From Ionaspis alba (lineage: Eukaryota), in assembly GCA_964255285.1 (NCBI GenBank), contig CAXUUL010000018.1:1-64000 (forward strand): a DNA stretch of 64,000 bases, in the 5' to 3' direction. Under the pieces are notes generated by a model, which saw nothing but the letters and a program-made list of their open reading frames with translations, searched no databases and was not told where the DNA came from. Below are positions 61,821 through 64,000 of this stretch, piece by piece. The translations under genes and the position numbers were made by a program. Within the stretch, counting starts at the first letter, position 1; each line of letters starts with the position of its first letter.

Positions 61821-62351
61821 AAACTAGAGTGAAAATGCTATAGGACATAATCTCTTCTAGCCCGCCACTGTTGCGGGACGACCCCCCTGGCATTTTGTCA
61901 CTATATTCGAACATACATAGACTTCTGGACCGATCTATCTGCACACAACCTGAGAGATCTGTTTGCGACGAATCTGCGTCGCTGCGCACATAATGGATTG
62001 CACATACACCGGTGTATTAATAACGTCAAAAAATGTTTGATCTCGAACGGCGAGGATTGTTGCTGGCCTGTACGATACGATCACTTGTGGGCGATAGATG
62101 GTTGGACCACTTCTGCTTCTATTTCCATCTCATTCCAGAGGTGGATCTCATTTGAATTCTGTTGGATTCGCTGTATATATTTTACCTTAGACGCCGACAT
62201 CGAATATGATTCCTTCGGCCATACAGATAGTTCTATGCAAACTACGGTGTTCTGGATACTGTTCATCCATGCTGTAAACGTGGGTTTATTTGACAAGTGA
62301 CATCTTCGAGATGTAATCTAATGTTCACAGCCCAAGAACAAGCTGCCCTGT

Positions 62352-63506
62352 TCACATGAAATCATCCTCATCCCAGCCCCCTTGATTTCCCACTCCCTCG
62401 CTCTCTACCCGTCCCTTCCCGTACAGCGTCTCCCAATCCCGTTCCTTTCTCTCCTTCTCGTCCTTCCTCTCCCGTAGTATTCGCGCCTCCTCTTTTCGTC
62501 GCTTCTGCGTATCCGNNNNNNNNNNNNNNNNNNNNNNNNNNNNNNNNNNNNNNNNNNNNNNNNNNNNNNNNNNNNNNNNNNNNNNNNNNNNNNNNNNNNN
62601 NNNNNNNNNNNNNNNTCCTTCCTCTCCCGTAGTATTCGCGCCTCCTCTTTTCGTCGCTTCTGCGTATCCGCATTTATCGCCTGCCGCTTAGATGCCAGTT
62701 GTGCGTCACGCTCTTCCTGGAGGTGGGTCGTTGAGTGGGGAGGCGGGATCTCCGTGCGGGTCTTTTGCAGCCGATTGAGAGGAGGGTTGAGGCGTGTGGG
62801 CACGAGAACACGTTTTGTCTGGTGGGAGAATGCGTCAGTACAATGGCGATAGCGGCAACATCACACACAGATACAACGGGGCCGAGGGACCAACTGACCT
62901 TTTTCTGGTCGTGGAAGCCGACTTGGCCGACAGCCATGCTGCCGTCCTTTTTGAGGTTCGACCATGGTGTGTAAATAATTGTCACGTTGTCTTTCTTGTT
63001 GCCTACAGCGCAGTAGTGAGTCTCTCGTGGTTACTCGTTGTAGCTGGGAAGTTGCGAAGACAAAGAGATCGAGGGCGAATAGTGTTTACCTTCAATGGAG
63101 TTCGCCTTTGTCAGCTGTGCGCAGTCTTCCAACAGGTCCTTGGATATATCGTCCCATGACTGTCCCGGATTAAGGCGTAGGTAGATATGAGCGCTAGAGA
63201 GATTGTCCGCGTGGAACTGTCAATCCTTTTAGCATAATTTGGGTGCATGCGTTAGGAGGAGGCCATACCCTGCATATTAGAATCAGTATTTAGGCAATTT
63301 CTAATAGAGTTGCTAGCTGCGATACCATACATCCTCTTCCCAGCCGTACTTGATCAGCTCCTCGTCTATGGAATCATACCGATTAGCTAGATGTGTATTG
63401 GGAGAGGCCTCTTGGTGTATGAAGAGGACGCACTCTCCGTTTTATCTTTGCCCACGTAGATAGTCGCGGGTGGGGAGACAACGGTGGAGGTAAAGTGATA
63501 AACCAT
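62352..63506 (-). CDS. jlp2: CCDC25/Jlp2 (NFACT-R, DUF814) protein, multi-exon, spans the scaffold gap
   Basis: [76 protein letters not shown]. Collapsing the gap gives the conserved end EDDFM*. Confidence 0.93.
62461..62670. other. Scaffold gap (100 N) with identical 55-nt flanks; assembly overlap artefact
   Basis: 62461-62515 is identical to 62616-62670; merging the copies restores the CCDC25 reading frame. Confidence 0.95.
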
Positions 63507-63711
63507 GCTAGCGAAGAGATCAATGCTCTGTCAGAAGTGGTAGTACTTAGATAGAAGTCGAATGGAAGAGCGACTGATATACCGCGGGATTTTGGCAGAA
63601 TAGCTATCTATGGCGGTGAAGGTCGAACCTTAGGAGATCTAGCCCACTGGGGAAGAGGTCGTCTGGGTTTTTCTATTCTATCCTGAACTAAAATCAATAT
63701 TACCATACACG

Positions 63712-64000
63712 ACCTTATTTTTTTTAGATATTCAATTAAAAATCATAACCTTACCCTTTTTAGATATCTAATTATAAAAATTATAATAAATTTTTGTTGA
63801 CGCGTTGTATAAATTTTTTAATATTTTTCGTTTTTTTTTTTTTTTTAAAATCTTGTTGTTGTCGTCTTTTTGTTATCGTCGTTTTTATTTTATTTTTTAA
63901 TTTATTTACTTGGTTGTTTTTTTCGAAATTTTATTTTTCGTTTTTTTACCGTCGTTATATCGATTTTTTTCAAAAATATTTTTACGGATATTTTGCCCGT
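63712..64000. repeat. AT-rich, heavily C-to-T mutated tract (probable edge of a RIP-degraded repeat) with a ~37-nt tandem duplication
   Basis: Abrupt drop in GC, T-dominated top strand, residual C mostly in CpG; imperfect duplication at 63712-63785. Confidence 0.7.

Overview
Gene-dense, intron-containing eukaryotic DNA from a filamentous ascomycete (Pezizomycotina). A lichen-forming Lecanoromycete is plausible but is inference only. I can support about 24 protein-coding genes: Ecl1-family, GRF zinc-ribbon, shugoshin, Dad2, a small C2H2-like protein, a TPX2-like basic protein, Ypi1, Pho81/Nuc-2, a Mid2-like membrane protein, mitochondrial uL3, Coa1, a small conserved membrane protein, DUF1763, DUF2293, a mitochondrial carrier, Cue5, Mzt1, a CHY-RING ligase, two orphan ORFs, Rrn6, Spc25, Crm1, Skg6-like and CCDC25/Jlp2. 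There are also two stop-interrupted candidate pseudogenes and two 100-N scaffold gaps, each with an exactly duplicated 55-nt flank. Most notable are: (1) a concentration of kinetochore/spindle genes whose short promoters each carry a forkhead GTAAACA site, including an uncharacterised protein with D-box, Cdk-site and FKARP motifs; (2) a uORF ending Pro-Ser-stop, the motif of polyamine-sensing uORFs, upstream of a mitochondrial carrier that also has a structured leader and intron; (3) a strand-asymmetric, CpG-sparing C-to-T mutated tract at the right edge. I recognised no tRNA, rRNA, CRISPR array or intact transposon. All family assignments come from motif recognition by eye, not database searches.
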